Shown here: piece after piece, positions 7,488 through 17,084 of the stretch
How the letters are laid out: each line of letters opens with the position of its first letter
How positions within the stretch are numbered: position 1 is the first letter of the stretch
Assembly: GCA_025210575.1 (NCBI GenBank)
Contig: JAOARK010000551.1
Span: 1-29,487, forward strand
Length of the DNA: 29,487 bases
Reading direction: 5' to 3'
Source of the DNA: Schleiferiaceae bacterium
GTDB taxonomy: Bacteria > Bacteroidota > Bacteroidia > Flavobacteriales > Schleiferiaceae
Position numbers and translations under genes: made by a program
Notes under the pieces: generated by a model
The model's database searches: none
Seen by the model: the letters and a program-made list of their open reading frames with translations, nothing else
What the model was told of the DNA's origin: nothing

Positions 7488-9593
7488 TTAAGAAATTCTA
7501 CTCCACTGCATTTTACCCCTGTATTTTTTTAAGTATTCATTTCTGATTATTAAATGTTTAGGTAGGCTGAGATTATGATCCTCTTTCAACAATTGGATTG
7601 CAGAATCTCGGGCTCTGGTTAGTATGGGTCCATCTTTTGCAATATCAGCAATCTTCAAGTCAAGCATTCCACTTTGTCGAGTTCCCATAAGGTCACCTGG
7701 GCCTCTAAGTTTGAGGTCAACATCAGCCACTTCGAACCCATCATTGGTGCGCACCATGGTTTCCATGCGTGTTCTACCATCTTCACTTAGCTTATAACTG
7801 GTTATGAGTATGCAAAAGCTTTTTTCAGCACCTCGACCCACGCGGCCGCGTAGCTGATGCAATTGCGAGAGTCCAAAGCGCTCAGCACTTTCAATGACCA
7901 TTACCGAAGCGTTCGGAACATTTACGCCTACCTCTATTACGGTAGTGGCCACCATAATCTGTGTTTCACCTTTTACAAACCGTTGCATCTCATATTCCTT
8001 ATCCGCAGCATTCATTCTACCATGAACAATGCTAATGGCATATTCTGGTAAGGGAAAGGCTCGTTTTATACTTTCATAACCGTCATCTAAATTCTTGTAG
8101 TCCATTTTAGCAGACTCTTCAATCAATGGATAAACGATGTAAACCTGTCTTCCCTTTGCAATCTCTTCTTTCAGGAAACCAAAAACTTTCAATCGATTCT
8201 TATCAAAACGATGCACTGTCGTGATGGGTTTTCTACCCGGTGGTAACTCGTCAATTACAGAAATATCCAAATCTCCATAAAGACTCATGGCTAAAGTTCT
8301 GGGTATAGGAGTGGCAGTCATAACCAAAACATGAGGGGGCTTTTTGTTTTTGAGCCACAGCTTACTTCTTTGCGCCACTCCAAAACGATGTTGCTCGTCA
8401 ATAACGGCTAGCCCTAGGTTTTTAAATTGAACTTTTTCTTCGAGTAAGGCGTGGGTGCCCACAAGAATGTGGATTTCCCCGTTGAGCAGCCCTTCATGTA
8501 TTTCCTTTCTTCTGGCAGTTTTTGTCGATCCTGTAAGCAGTTCAATCCTCATCGGCATGTCGCCAATATCATTGTTTAAGCCATTGTAATGTTGCGTAGC
8601 CAATATTTCGGTAGGTGCCATTAAACAAGCTTGAAATCCATTATCTAAGGCAATGAGCATGCTCATTAACGCAACCATGGTTTTACCACTTCCAACATCA
8701 CCTTGAACCAGTCTGTTCATGTGCTTACCAGTACCGATATCACTTCTAATCTCTTTCAATACCTTTTTCTGAGCCCCCGTAAGTTCAAAAGGGAGATGTT
8801 CCTTAAAGAAAGTGTTGAAATAATAGTCTACCCTTGGAAAAGCATACCCTTTCATTTTTGTTTGATTCACTTGTTTTTGAATCAATAGATTCAATTGAAG
8901 AAAGAAAAGTTCTTCAAATTTCATCCGGTATCTTGCCCACCTCAATTGTTCTTGATTCGTTGGAAAGTGAATAGCGAAAAGTGAGGATTCTTTGGGCGGA
9001 AGTTTATTAGCAATACGAATATCCTCTGTTAAAGATTCTTGAATTTGATTTTTTAGTTGGGGTAACAGAGCTTTGGTAAGCCTTGCAAAGGCCTTGTTGG
9101 TCAATCCTTTTTGTATGAGTTTTTCTGTGGTTGAATAAACGGGTTGAAGACCAGTTTGTAAACTCTTGTCAGCCTCTGCTTTTAATTCAAGCTCTGGGTG
9201 AGCAAAGTTTACAATGCCATTGTAAATGGAAGGTTTAGCGTATAAGATATAAGGTGTATTGAGCTTTAAAGAATTTTTGATCCACTTTATTCCTTTAAAC
9301 CAAACCAAATCTACGGTCCCAGTAGCATCCCTAAATTTGGCAACTAACCGTTTTCCTCTTTTTTGCCCTAATTCTTCAGCTGAAGTTATAACACCGATTA
9401 CTTGTACTTCTACATCAACTGATTTGATCTCATTGATTTTGTAAAATTTACTTCGATCTGCATACCGATAGGGATAATGAAACAACAGATCTTGATAGGT
9501 AAATATGTGCAACTCTTTTTTCAAAAGGTCAGCCTTCGCTGGGCCTACGCCTTTTAGGTACTCAATGGGTGTTTTTAGAATGTTATATTGCAC
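7488..9593 (-). CDS. recG: ATP-dependent DNA helicase RecG
   Basis: 701 aa: N-terminal LKGVGP and wedge domain, QGDVGSGKT (Walker A), DEQH, TATPIPRT, HGRM, QLRGRVGR and DLKLRGPG. GTG start. Confidence 0.97.
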   Translation of the reverse strand: MQYNILKTPIEYLKGVGPAKADLLKKELHIFTYQDLLFHYPYRYADRSKFYKINEIKSVDVEVQVIGVITSAEELGQKRGKRLVAKFRDATGTVDLVWFKGIKWIKNSLKLNTPYILYAKPSIYNGIVNFAHPELELKAEADKSLQTGLQPVYSTTEKLIQKGLTNKAFARLTKALLPQLKNQIQESLTEDIRIANKLPPKESSLFAIHFPTNQEQLRWARYRMKFEELFFLQLNLLIQKQVNQTKMKGYAFPRVDYYFNTFFKEHLPFELTGAQKKVLKEIRSDIGTGKHMNRLVQGDVGSGKTMVALMSMLIALDNGFQACLMAPTEILATQHYNGLNNDIGDMPMRIELLTGSTKTARRKEIHEGLLNGEIHILVGTHALLEEKVQFKNLGLAVIDEQHRFGVAQRSKLWLKNKKPPHVLVMTATPIPRTLAMSLYGDLDISVIDELPPGRKPITTVHRFDKNRLKVFGFLKEEIAKGRQVYIVYPLIEESAKMDYKNLDDGYESIKRAFPLPEYAISIVHGRMNAADKEYEMQRFVKGETQIMVATTVIEVGVNVPNASVMVIESAERFGLSQLHQLRGRVGRGAEKSFCILITSYKLSEDGRTRMETMVRTNDGFEVADVDLKLRGPGDLMGTRQSGMLDLKIADIAKDGPILTRARDSAIQLLKEDHNLSLPKHLIIRNEYLKKYRGKMQWSRIS

Positions 9594-9597
9594 AAAC

Positions 9598-9605
9598 CAA
9601 ATATA
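9598..9605 (-). promoter_or_regulatory. sigmaA -7 box TATATTTG for recG
   Basis: Perfect TAnnTTTG, 4 nt upstream of the GTG start, within the 53-bp divergent recG/pepN gap. Confidence 0.55.
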
Positions 9606-9646
9606 AAAATGCGGTGAGCATTCCGCTTTACGAACTGCCTTGAGTT

Positions 9647-12052
9647 ATGAAAAAATCATTCTTCAAAAATTCTATTTCCTTCATACTTCTGCTTTGCTTT
9701 TTTGGAGCATTTGCTCAATACCCTGAGGATGAGGCCAAGGCTAGGGTTTTACAAATAGATCAACAAAAGCTTAATGCAAACTTAGCCTTCAAACCTGAGG
9801 ATGGGCTTATTTCTGGTGAGGTGACGATTCATTTTAAAAATGCGACCAAGAATCTAGATTCATTGTGGTTAGACGGCATTCAGATGAATTACAAGGGTGT
9901 TTTGCTTGATGGAGATATTGTCAATTACAAGATAGAGAAGAAGGGGCTATCCATTTTTCCAGACCGACCGTTGGTTATTGGCTCAGAGCATACACTTCAA
10001 TTGATCTACACTGCAAACCCAAAAAGAGGGATGTATTTTTTGGGATGGAATGATCCCTCAGGTAAAAGCCGCAAGCAAATTTGGACTCAAGGACAAGGTA
10101 TAGACAATAGACATTGGATTCCGCATGTTGATGCTCAAAATGACAAATTGGTTTGTGGCTTGTCTATACTTTTTGATAAAGATTATGAAGTATTGAGCAA
10201 CGGTAGCCTCGTGAATTTTGAAGAGAATGGATCAACGAATATTTGGACCTACCAAATGGAAACTCCCATGTCTTCTTATTTGATGATGATTGCCATAGGG
10301 AAGTACGAGAAGTTGACTGAGAAAAGTCTTTCAAAAGTGAGTTTAGAGAACTATTACTATCCAGAATGGGAAAATAGAAATGAATGGACCTATTACAAAA
10401 ACAAAGAATTGTTCGACTGGATGGAAAATGAAATTGGTATTGATTATCCTTGGCAGGGATATAGACAAGTTCCAGTAAAAGACTTTCAGCATGGAGCCAT
10501 GGAGAATACATCTGCCACCATCTTTGGCGATTTCTATTGTGTAGATGAAATCAGTTTTAATGATGAACCCTATTTTGGTGTAAATGCACATGAACTAACT
10601 CATCAATGGTTTGGGAATTATGTGACGGCCTTAAGTAGCCACGATCACTGGTTGCATGAAGGGTTTGCTACCTATTACAGCTGGTTAGCTGAAGAAGAGT
10701 TTTTTGGCAAAAAGCGCTTTGATGCGATTCGATTGAATGCTCTTGCACATATCGAGGCGGATAACTTGACCAATGAGTTTCCACTACAACACAGTAAAGC
10801 GGGAAGTACTAAGTTTTATGAAATGGGAGCTTGGGTATTACATATGTTGAGAGAGGAAATGGACGAAGAAACTTTCAAAATGACCATGCAGAATTATTTA
10901 AATAAAAATGCTGAAGGAATGGTTGTTTCCAGTGATTTGATTCAAACCAGTATGGAAGTGAGCGGACAAGACCTCGAGCGTTTTTTTCAGCAGTGGTTAG
11001 TCTCACCTAAGATGCCTATTATCCGGTTTAAAGCAAGCTTCAATGAAAATGATTCTAAGCTAAGTTTAAGTTTTACTCAAGAGCAAAAAATAAATTCTAG
11101 AAGGCCGCCCTACTTGATGACCATTCCCGTGATCATCAAGACAGATAAAGACGAGTATCGATATGATGTGAAGATTGGGGATTACAAGAAAAACTTGAAT
11201 TTCTTTTTGAAAAAAGGAGAAAACGTTCGCTACATAGAAGTGGATCCAGGACTTAATCATTTGGTGAGCTGGAACTTTGATTTACCACTTGAATGGAAGC
11301 TGAACCAATTTAAACATGGGGAGAGCCGTTTGATGTCATGTCTTCTTTTAAAAGGTGAGGGGCCAAAAGGATTGGAAGAAAAGCAAGTGAAAGATCTCAA
11401 TATTCAAAATTGGCCTGATTATGCTCAGAAACATTATATCAGTTTCGTTGTAAACAATGAAAATTTTTCTGAGAAGTATTTAAAAACACAAGTGGAAAAT
11501 GCCAGTGTTGATGCAAAGCGAGCATATTTGAACATCAAAGAGATTCCTAAAAGTCATGAAAAAATGGTGCGAAGCTGGTTAAAAGCATCATCGTACCTAT
11601 TGCAAGAAGAGGCCTTACTTAAACTATTTACCAGTTTTAGAGAAAATGCGGATGATTACTTGGAATTAACAGAAGGGGTAAACGGGACAAGAGGAAACAA
11701 TGTTTTGGTTATGCATGAGTTGGTGAATTACATCAGCAGCAATCGGGAAAGAGGACACCAGTCATTGATAGACTTAACTGGTGAACAATACGATTTCCTC
11801 ACCCGTATGAAGGCTTTAGAAGTGATTTCCGTTGTTCGTCTTGAACCTGATCAATATCTTTTAGAGAACTTGTTTCAAGGCTTGTTTCAGGGCAATAGAA
11901 GATGGCGAAGCGCTGCCAAATCCTATTTGCAGAATGCGTATAAAAATGAAAACATAAGAGCGGATATAGACGGATACATGGAAGCCCATAAAGATAAATG
12001 GGAAGATTGGCAATTAAAGCGAGTGGAGGTTACCTTTGGCGACATTGATTAG
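9647..12052 (+). CDS. M1 family zinc aminopeptidase (PepN-like), exported
   Basis: Signal peptide, GAMEN motif and HELTH-X18-E zinc motif (HELTHQWFG...WLHEG), downstream Tyr region KFYEMG, helical C-terminal domain. Confidence 0.93.
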   Translation: MKKSFFKNSISFILLLCFFGAFAQYPEDEAKARVLQIDQQKLNANLAFKPEDGLISGEVTIHFKNATKNLDSLWLDGIQMNYKGVLLDGDIVNYKIEKKGLSIFPDRPLVIGSEHTLQLIYTANPKRGMYFLGWNDPSGKSRKQIWTQGQGIDNRHWIPHVDAQNDKLVCGLSILFDKDYEVLSNGSLVNFEENGSTNIWTYQMETPMSSYLMMIAIGKYEKLTEKSLSKVSLENYYYPEWENRNEWTYYKNKELFDWMENEIGIDYPWQGYRQVPVKDFQHGAMENTSATIFGDFYCVDEISFNDEPYFGVNAHELTHQWFGNYVTALSSHDHWLHEGFATYYSWLAEEEFFGKKRFDAIRLNALAHIEADNLTNEFPLQHSKAGSTKFYEMGAWVLHMLREEMDEETFKMTMQNYLNKNAEGMVVSSDLIQTSMEVSGQDLERFFQQWLVSPKMPIIRFKASFNENDSKLSLSFTQEQKINSRRPPYLMTIPVIIKTDKDEYRYDVKIGDYKKNLNFFLKKGENVRYIEVDPGLNHLVSWNFDLPLEWKLNQFKHGESRLMSCLLLKGEGPKGLEEKQVKDLNIQNWPDYAQKHYISFVVNNENFSEKYLKTQVENASVDAKRAYLNIKEIPKSHEKMVRSWLKASSYLLQEEALLKLFTSFRENADDYLELTEGVNGTRGNNVLVMHELVNYISSNRERGHQSLIDLTGEQYDFLTRMKALEVISVVRLEPDQYLLENLFQGLFQGNRRWRSAAKSYLQNAYKNENIRADIDGYMEAHKDKWEDWQLKRVEVTFGDID

Positions 12053-12062
12053 TTAAGTTTAA

Positions 12063-13451
12063 GTGCAGGATAAGAATTCAAAGTTTTTACGATTTGTGCA
12101 GCTATTGCTGGACGTGATTATATTAAACGGCTGTTTTGTTTTAGCCGGAGCTTTGCGTTTTGACGACCTTGAGGTTGAAAACCCAACTTATTACAATTAC
12201 TATTTGCAGTTGTGGGTTTTTCTCAATTTAGTTTGGCTTTTAGCTGCAGCTTTACTTAAAATGTACGATGTACGCCCGAGTTTTGAATTACGAAAATCTG
12301 TAGGTAGGGCATTTAACGGGTTGATACTTCAAGTATCGGTTTTAACGCTCATTCTTTTTATCCTGAAATGGGATTATTATTCTCGACTCTTCTTCATTTA
12401 TTTCTACGCCAGCTTTGGTCCGATGGTACTTTTAGCTCGATTGGTATTTATAAGTCAATTAAGAAGGTATTATTTAAAGGCATCGCATAGAAACCCTGTT
12501 ATGCTATTGGGGCACGGTCCTGAAGCGATAAAATTTTATCAGCAAGCTACGGAGAACACCGAACTTGGATTGTCTGTAGCTGCCTGGTATGCAGATGAAA
12601 ATTTACCTGGTGTAAAGGGAAATTTAGATCAAGCTAAAACCGATTTAAATCAGCTCGAAATCTCTGAAGTGTTTTGTGCTTTAGAAGCAGATGATGATCG
12701 CATAAATGAGTGGTTTAGAATAGCAGATGCCAACCTGATGCGTTTTAGGTATCTCCCTTCTTTAGGGGTAAAGAATTTAGTACATGCCCAAATAGAATTG
12801 TATGGAGATGTTCCTGTGTTGATCACCAGAAAAGAGCCCTTGGCGTATCGTCATAATCGCTTTTTAAAACGTTTCTTCGACATTCTCGTCACCCTTTTTT
12901 TTTGCGTATTTATCTTTTCATGGCTATTCCCCATTTTGGCATTGGTAGTGAAACTATCTTCCAAAGGTCCAGTGTTTTTTAAACAATTGCGGAGTGGTTT
13001 GAATAATGAAGAGTTTTACGTGTACAAGTTTAGAAGTATGGTAGTCAATGACGAGGCTGATACCAAACAAGCTACAGCCAATGATTCGCGAATAACCAAA
13101 GTGGGCCATTTTTTAAGAAACCATAATCTGGACGAATTACCACAGTTTATTAATGTATTAAAAGGGCAAATGTCTATCGTTGGACCGCGTCCGCATATGC
13201 TCAATCATACCAGTGCTTATCGCGAATTGATAGACAGTTTTATGGTTCGTCATCTCATTACACCTGGGATTACAGGTTTAGCCCAAAGCCGTGGTCTTAG
13301 AGGTGAAACTCCTGAAACAGAGGACATGGAAGCGCGGGTAAAAGCTGATGTATATTATTTAGAGAATTGGTCCTTACTTCTAGACGTAAAAATCATTCTC
13401 GTTACTATTTGGAATATGTTTTCTAAATCCAATGGAAATGAAACGAAGTAA
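12063..13451 (+). CDS. Undecaprenyl-phosphate hexose-1-phosphate transferase (WcaJ/WbaP-like priming glycosyltransferase)
   Basis: Four N-terminal TMs, a Rossmann-like linker, then KRFFDI, GPVFFKQ.R.G, KFRSM, D.RIT.VG.FLR...LDELPQF.NVLKGQMS.VGPRP, PGITGLAQ and D.YY.ENWSLLLD. GTG start. Confidence 0.93.
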   Translation: MQDKNSKFLRFVQLLLDVIILNGCFVLAGALRFDDLEVENPTYYNYYLQLWVFLNLVWLLAAALLKMYDVRPSFELRKSVGRAFNGLILQVSVLTLILFILKWDYYSRLFFIYFYASFGPMVLLARLVFISQLRRYYLKASHRNPVMLLGHGPEAIKFYQQATENTELGLSVAAWYADENLPGVKGNLDQAKTDLNQLEISEVFCALEADDDRINEWFRIADANLMRFRYLPSLGVKNLVHAQIELYGDVPVLITRKEPLAYRHNRFLKRFFDILVTLFFCVFIFSWLFPILALVVKLSSKGPVFFKQLRSGLNNEEFYVYKFRSMVVNDEADTKQATANDSRITKVGHFLRNHNLDELPQFINVLKGQMSIVGPRPHMLNHTSAYRELIDSFMVRHLITPGITGLAQSRGLRGETPETEDMEARVKADVYYLENWSLLLDVKIILVTIWNMFSKSNGNETK

Positions 13452-13887
13452 GGTAGCAATATCCTGTGCTTTACTCTTTTTATTCGGATGTGAACCCTCT
13501 AATGATCAAGAATTCATCAAAGCCCATTACAAGGTATATAAGCAACATGATGATTTCAATTTGTTCTTATCTCATTACTCAAAGAATGCAAGCTTAGTAG
13601 ATGTTGTCACTGGAGACAGTATTTACGGTCACGAGGATTTAAAGCATTTCTTTCAATGGAATGATTCCTTTGAATTTGGAGAAGAAGGTGCATTGGATTT
13701 ATACAGTTTAGAAAGTAACAAAGGCTATGTACATGCACATGGTCAATTTCTTCCTTTTTCATGGAAAGGAGAAAACTATCCAGCCATGGAGTTTTACACC
13801 ACCTTTCAGATTGAAAAGGGTAAAATTATTTACCAGAGAGATTCAATAGTGTACCCTGAAGTATTACTCAATCCGAATGATTCCTAA
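13438..13887 (+). CDS. NTF2/SnoaL-like fold lipoprotein
   Basis: Lipobox LFLFGC after a basic N-terminus. FLSHYSKNASLVD...G....G...L..FF and a terminal ...GKIIYQRD strand are typical of SnoaL-like domains. Start could be 13432 or 13438. Confidence 0.65.
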   Translation: MKRSKVAISCALLFLFGCEPSNDQEFIKAHYKVYKQHDDFNLFLSHYSKNASLVDVVTGDSIYGHEDLKHFFQWNDSFEFGEEGALDLYSLESNKGYVHAHGQFLPFSWKGENYPAMEFYTTFQIEKGKIIYQRDSIVYPEVLLNPNDS

Positions 13888-15140
13888 CGCTTAATAAATT
13901 TCCCTCGTAGGACTTTTCCGTTGTCTTTAGCGATTAAGGTATACACACCTTCTTTTAATGTTTCTACTGAGATTCTTCCAATCACCTTGCCTGATAATAC
14001 AGGTTGTCCATAGCTATTGAATATGGTATAGTCATAATTCAAACACTGATTCATCATCCGTATTTCTGAGGTCGCAGGATTTGGCGCTATCACCAAATTC
14101 AATTCATTTTCTGGGATGTCACAAACTGGGAACACTTGAATGATAAAAGTTGAATCAATAGCCGTGCAATTCTTCCAAACAGTTAATGTCACTTGATAGA
14201 CGCCATTTTGAGTATAGCTATTTGATATAGTATCTCCTTTTCCAGTAATGCCATTTCCAAAATTCCAAGTGGCAGAATCTGCATTAGCAGAATCTAACGC
14301 CACAAAGTGCCAGGTTTGTTTTGTTTGAGTTGTGACTAATAAGTATGCAGAATAATGAGGTTTAGGCAAAACGGTATCAATTCCCCAAACACTCACAGAA
14401 TCAAAAACCGTAGCATTGGCTTGTGACTGAATGTTGTGAGCCAAAGTCGAATCAATGTTTGTGGGTTTCCAGGCCCCTACAGGGCTTTTGTGGAAAATGC
14501 TGGCGTAAAAAGTACAGGCGGCTAAGTAGCTTCCATTCATATTGGGATGACTTTCATCTCCCGTATAGAGTTCTACGTTGGGGTGAGCTGCTCTAAAATC
14601 TCGCCAAACGGCCCCTACTGGAGAGGTGGGTGCATTGTTGTCTTGCCCCATGATCAAATAGCTAGAACGCAACCTTCCCTGCATACCCAAATAGGTGCAA
14701 CTTGGTGGATTCCAACCACAATTTGCGGCATCGCCATTTTTTCTACCCCAAGTCATAAAGAAGAGGGGCTGTGCACAACTATTGTATTTGTAAATACTAT
14801 CGCTGAGCGCCTTTGCATATGGACGGCAATTCACGTTCACAAAGGCAGTGTCGAAGCTGGGTTTCTGGCTTTGGTCTTGTAAAACCACATAATCCCAATT
14901 CCCTTGCTTGATCTTACTTTGTGAAGTTGGATTGGTAGCATGACCACTTAATTGATGTCCTCCAGGAGTGTTTTTGTCATGAATTAAGGTGTCTCCAAAA
15001 CTCTCGGCAATGTTAGAAACCAATTGAGGGAGGTTATTTCCTTGGGTGTAACTGTTTCCTAAAAAGAGTGCAGATTTAGTCGTTTGGGCTTGAAGAGCTA
15101 CTCCAAAACAAAGGAGCAAGCTGAGAGTGAATTTTTTCAT
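13884..15140 (-). CDS. T9SS-secreted SGNH/GDSL-type hydrolase with PKD domain and T9SS C-terminal sorting domain
   Basis: Signal peptide; LFLGNSYT (block I Ser); WDYVVLQDQS; DESHPN (D-x-x-H); PKD-like ATWNFGNG...YTQNGVYQVTLTV; CTD IAPNPA...IFNSYGQ...LKEGVY...KFIKR. Confidence 0.85.
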   Translation of the reverse strand: MKKFTLSLLLCFGVALQAQTTKSALFLGNSYTQGNNLPQLVSNIAESFGDTLIHDKNTPGGHQLSGHATNPTSQSKIKQGNWDYVVLQDQSQKPSFDTAFVNVNCRPYAKALSDSIYKYNSCAQPLFFMTWGRKNGDAANCGWNPPSCTYLGMQGRLRSSYLIMGQDNNAPTSPVGAVWRDFRAAHPNVELYTGDESHPNMNGSYLAACTFYASIFHKSPVGAWKPTNIDSTLAHNIQSQANATVFDSVSVWGIDTVLPKPHYSAYLLVTTQTKQTWHFVALDSANADSATWNFGNGITGKGDTISNSYTQNGVYQVTLTVWKNCTAIDSTFIIQVFPVCDIPENELNLVIAPNPATSEIRMMNQCLNYDYTIFNSYGQPVLSGKVIGRISVETLKEGVYTLIAKDNGKVLRGKFIKR

Positions 15141-15961
15141 TTTGTGTCGTCTAAAAAGCCTGCGATGGTCACAAAGTACTTTTCTTTATTGGCTTTAAAA
15201 TTATCCATTCTGCTTGGGTTTTCAATTACCCGAATGGGCCAGACAAGTTTTCTATTTTGTGAACGCAGTTTTTCCATATCCTTCGAGTTGAACAAAACAT
15301 CATTACTTCCGATAATTAATAAAATGCCTTTAAGGTTTTCACCTGAAGCTTGCTTTATGGAGGTGATCGGTTCAAACATTGGGTCATAGCCACGCTCTGG
15401 AACTTCTTTCCATTGCTTTTGTTGATCAAAACGCTGCTCAAGATCACCTAAGGATAGAAAGGGCGTATCTGCAATGATCCGTTTTATGTCGGTGCGATTG
15501 CAGCCTACACCTGCAGCTAGCCCCGCACCAATGCCCCAGCCATACAAGTCGAAAGTCGCCTGGAAATTCTTTTTGCAATAATCCATAACGCTTATCAAGT
15601 CATCTGTAAATTGAGGGTAGATGTACATGTCTGGATTGATTTCAAATTCACTGCTTTCGCCATAGCCACGGTAATCAAAGGTAACTACGCTATAGCCTAT
15701 TCGCTTAAAGCGATCTACCCGTCTTAGGTAGTTGGCCATGTTGCCTTCGCCATTGTGTGCAATGATCATGAGCTTGTCAGATTCGTTCACCGAAGGAAAA
15801 TACCAGAGTTTTATGTCAGCTTTACCGTCATTCGATTTAATGACGATTTCTTTGTATTTGATATTGTATCTATCTGGTCGCTGCTTGTATGTTCTGCTTG
15901 GGTTTAGCGCCAAACCATAAATAGAAAGTGTTAAGAAAAAGGCAACAATTGAGGATTTCAT
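15137..15961 (-). CDS. Alpha/beta-hydrolase-fold exported protein, apparently catalytically degenerate
   Basis: Signal peptide MKSSIVAFFLTLSIYGLA; AHNGEGN, FDYRGYGES and IIADTPF segments of the fold; nucleophile elbow reads G-W-G-I-G. Start moved from 16057 (inside the upstream gene) to 15961. The stop overlaps the next ATG (ATGA). Confidence 0.8.
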   Translation of the reverse strand: MKSSIVAFFLTLSIYGLALNPSRTYKQRPDRYNIKYKEIVIKSNDGKADIKLWYFPSVNESDKLMIIAHNGEGNMANYLRRVDRFKRIGYSVVTFDYRGYGESSEFEINPDMYIYPQFTDDLISVMDYCKKNFQATFDLYGWGIGAGLAAGVGCNRTDIKRIIADTPFLSLGDLEQRFDQQKQWKEVPERGYDPMFEPITSIKQASGENLKGILLIIGSNDVLFNSKDMEKLRSQNRKLVWPIRVIENPSRMDNFKANKEKYFVTIAGFLDDTK

Positions 15962-15986
15962 CAATAAAGATTTGGGATAAAAATAC

Positions 15987-17078
15987 TTAACCAATTTTGA
16001 GTTGTTGCATTGCAACTTCGTATTGTTCTGATACAACTCGCCAATTAAACTTATCACGCACCTTGCTCAAGTTGTTCTTAATGAATGTGGCTTCTACTTC
16101 CTCATCATGCTGTAGGTCGATACTATTGGCTATGTCTGTATCGTCTAAAAAGTAATAAGCGTCTTCGCCTAAGGTGTTTTGATTAAAAGCGTTTTGATGC
16201 GCAGAAATAACGCATTGGCATGCCATGGCCTCTAATAAAGATGGGTTGGTTCCACCAACGCTGTGACCGTGGAAATAAAGTTTAGAATAATATCGCAGCG
16301 CGTTTAGTTTATCTTTATTGTAAACAGCAGAGATGTATTTGATCTGATCGCTTTTGTATTTGGATTGAAGTTCTTTTCCAAATGGAGTGTCAATATTTCC
16401 AATGATCAATAAAGGAGTATCGCTTTTACTTTTCAGTATTCCTTTTACTAAGGTTTCGATATTGTTTTCTGGCTCAATACGGGCAATGGCTAAAAAGTAA
16501 TCTTTTGCTTTTACTCCGAATTCTTTCAAATGACCATCATTGAACTCTGTTGGAATAAAAGCTCCATAAGGAATATAGATCTTTTGATTCTTGTACTGTT
16601 TACTCAAGTAGGCTTCAATCTCTGGATTATCAGCAATCATTAAATGACTATGCTTTGCTGCGAGAGATTCAGCTCTTTTCAAGAATTTTTTCACCGTACT
16701 GCTGTATTTAGTCCGCATCCATTCTAAGCCATCCATGTTTGTGATAACACGCGCATTCTTGGGCATGAGCCACCACCAAATAGAACTACTTGTATACCCA
16801 AGTTGAAGAACAATATCTAGTTTTTTTCTTCGAGCGTCTAAAATACTGTTAAGGTCATAGATAAATTGACCAGCTGTACCAATGGCATTTTCTGGGTCGT
16901 AGGCATGAACAATGTTTACTCCGTTGTACATCTTTTCTTTATACGGGTGGTGATGAGAGTTATATACATAAACTTCATGACCATTTTTCGCTAAAAAAAC
17001 GGAAAGATGCTCGGCTAGTTCTTCAAAACCTCCGTATTGATTGGGGATACCTCGGCTACCAATAATGGCTATTCTCAT
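15987..17078 (-). CDS. GT4 glycosyltransferase with DUF1972 N-terminal domain
   Basis: MRIAIIGSRGIPNQYGGFE, DIVLQLGY, NMDGLEWMRTKY, ARIEPENN and YFHGHSVGGTNPSLLEAM motifs. Confidence 0.9.
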   Translation of the reverse strand: MRIAIIGSRGIPNQYGGFEELAEHLSVFLAKNGHEVYVYNSHHHPYKEKMYNGVNIVHAYDPENAIGTAGQFIYDLNSILDARRKKLDIVLQLGYTSSSIWWWLMPKNARVITNMDGLEWMRTKYSSTVKKFLKRAESLAAKHSHLMIADNPEIEAYLSKQYKNQKIYIPYGAFIPTEFNDGHLKEFGVKAKDYFLAIARIEPENNIETLVKGILKSKSDTPLLIIGNIDTPFGKELQSKYKSDQIKYISAVYNKDKLNALRYYSKLYFHGHSVGGTNPSLLEAMACQCVISAHQNAFNQNTLGEDAYYFLDDTDIANSIDLQHDEEVEATFIKNNLSKVRDKFNWRVVSEQYEVAMQQLKIG

Positions 17079-17084
17079 AGATGA

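Noticed and set aside
15962-16057. Longer ORF-track starts (2904, 7346, 16057, 19552, 19866, 20682, 26067, 28308)
   Set aside because: They overlap upstream genes, promoters or terminators. The downstream ATGs give proper signal peptides or family-typical N-termini.
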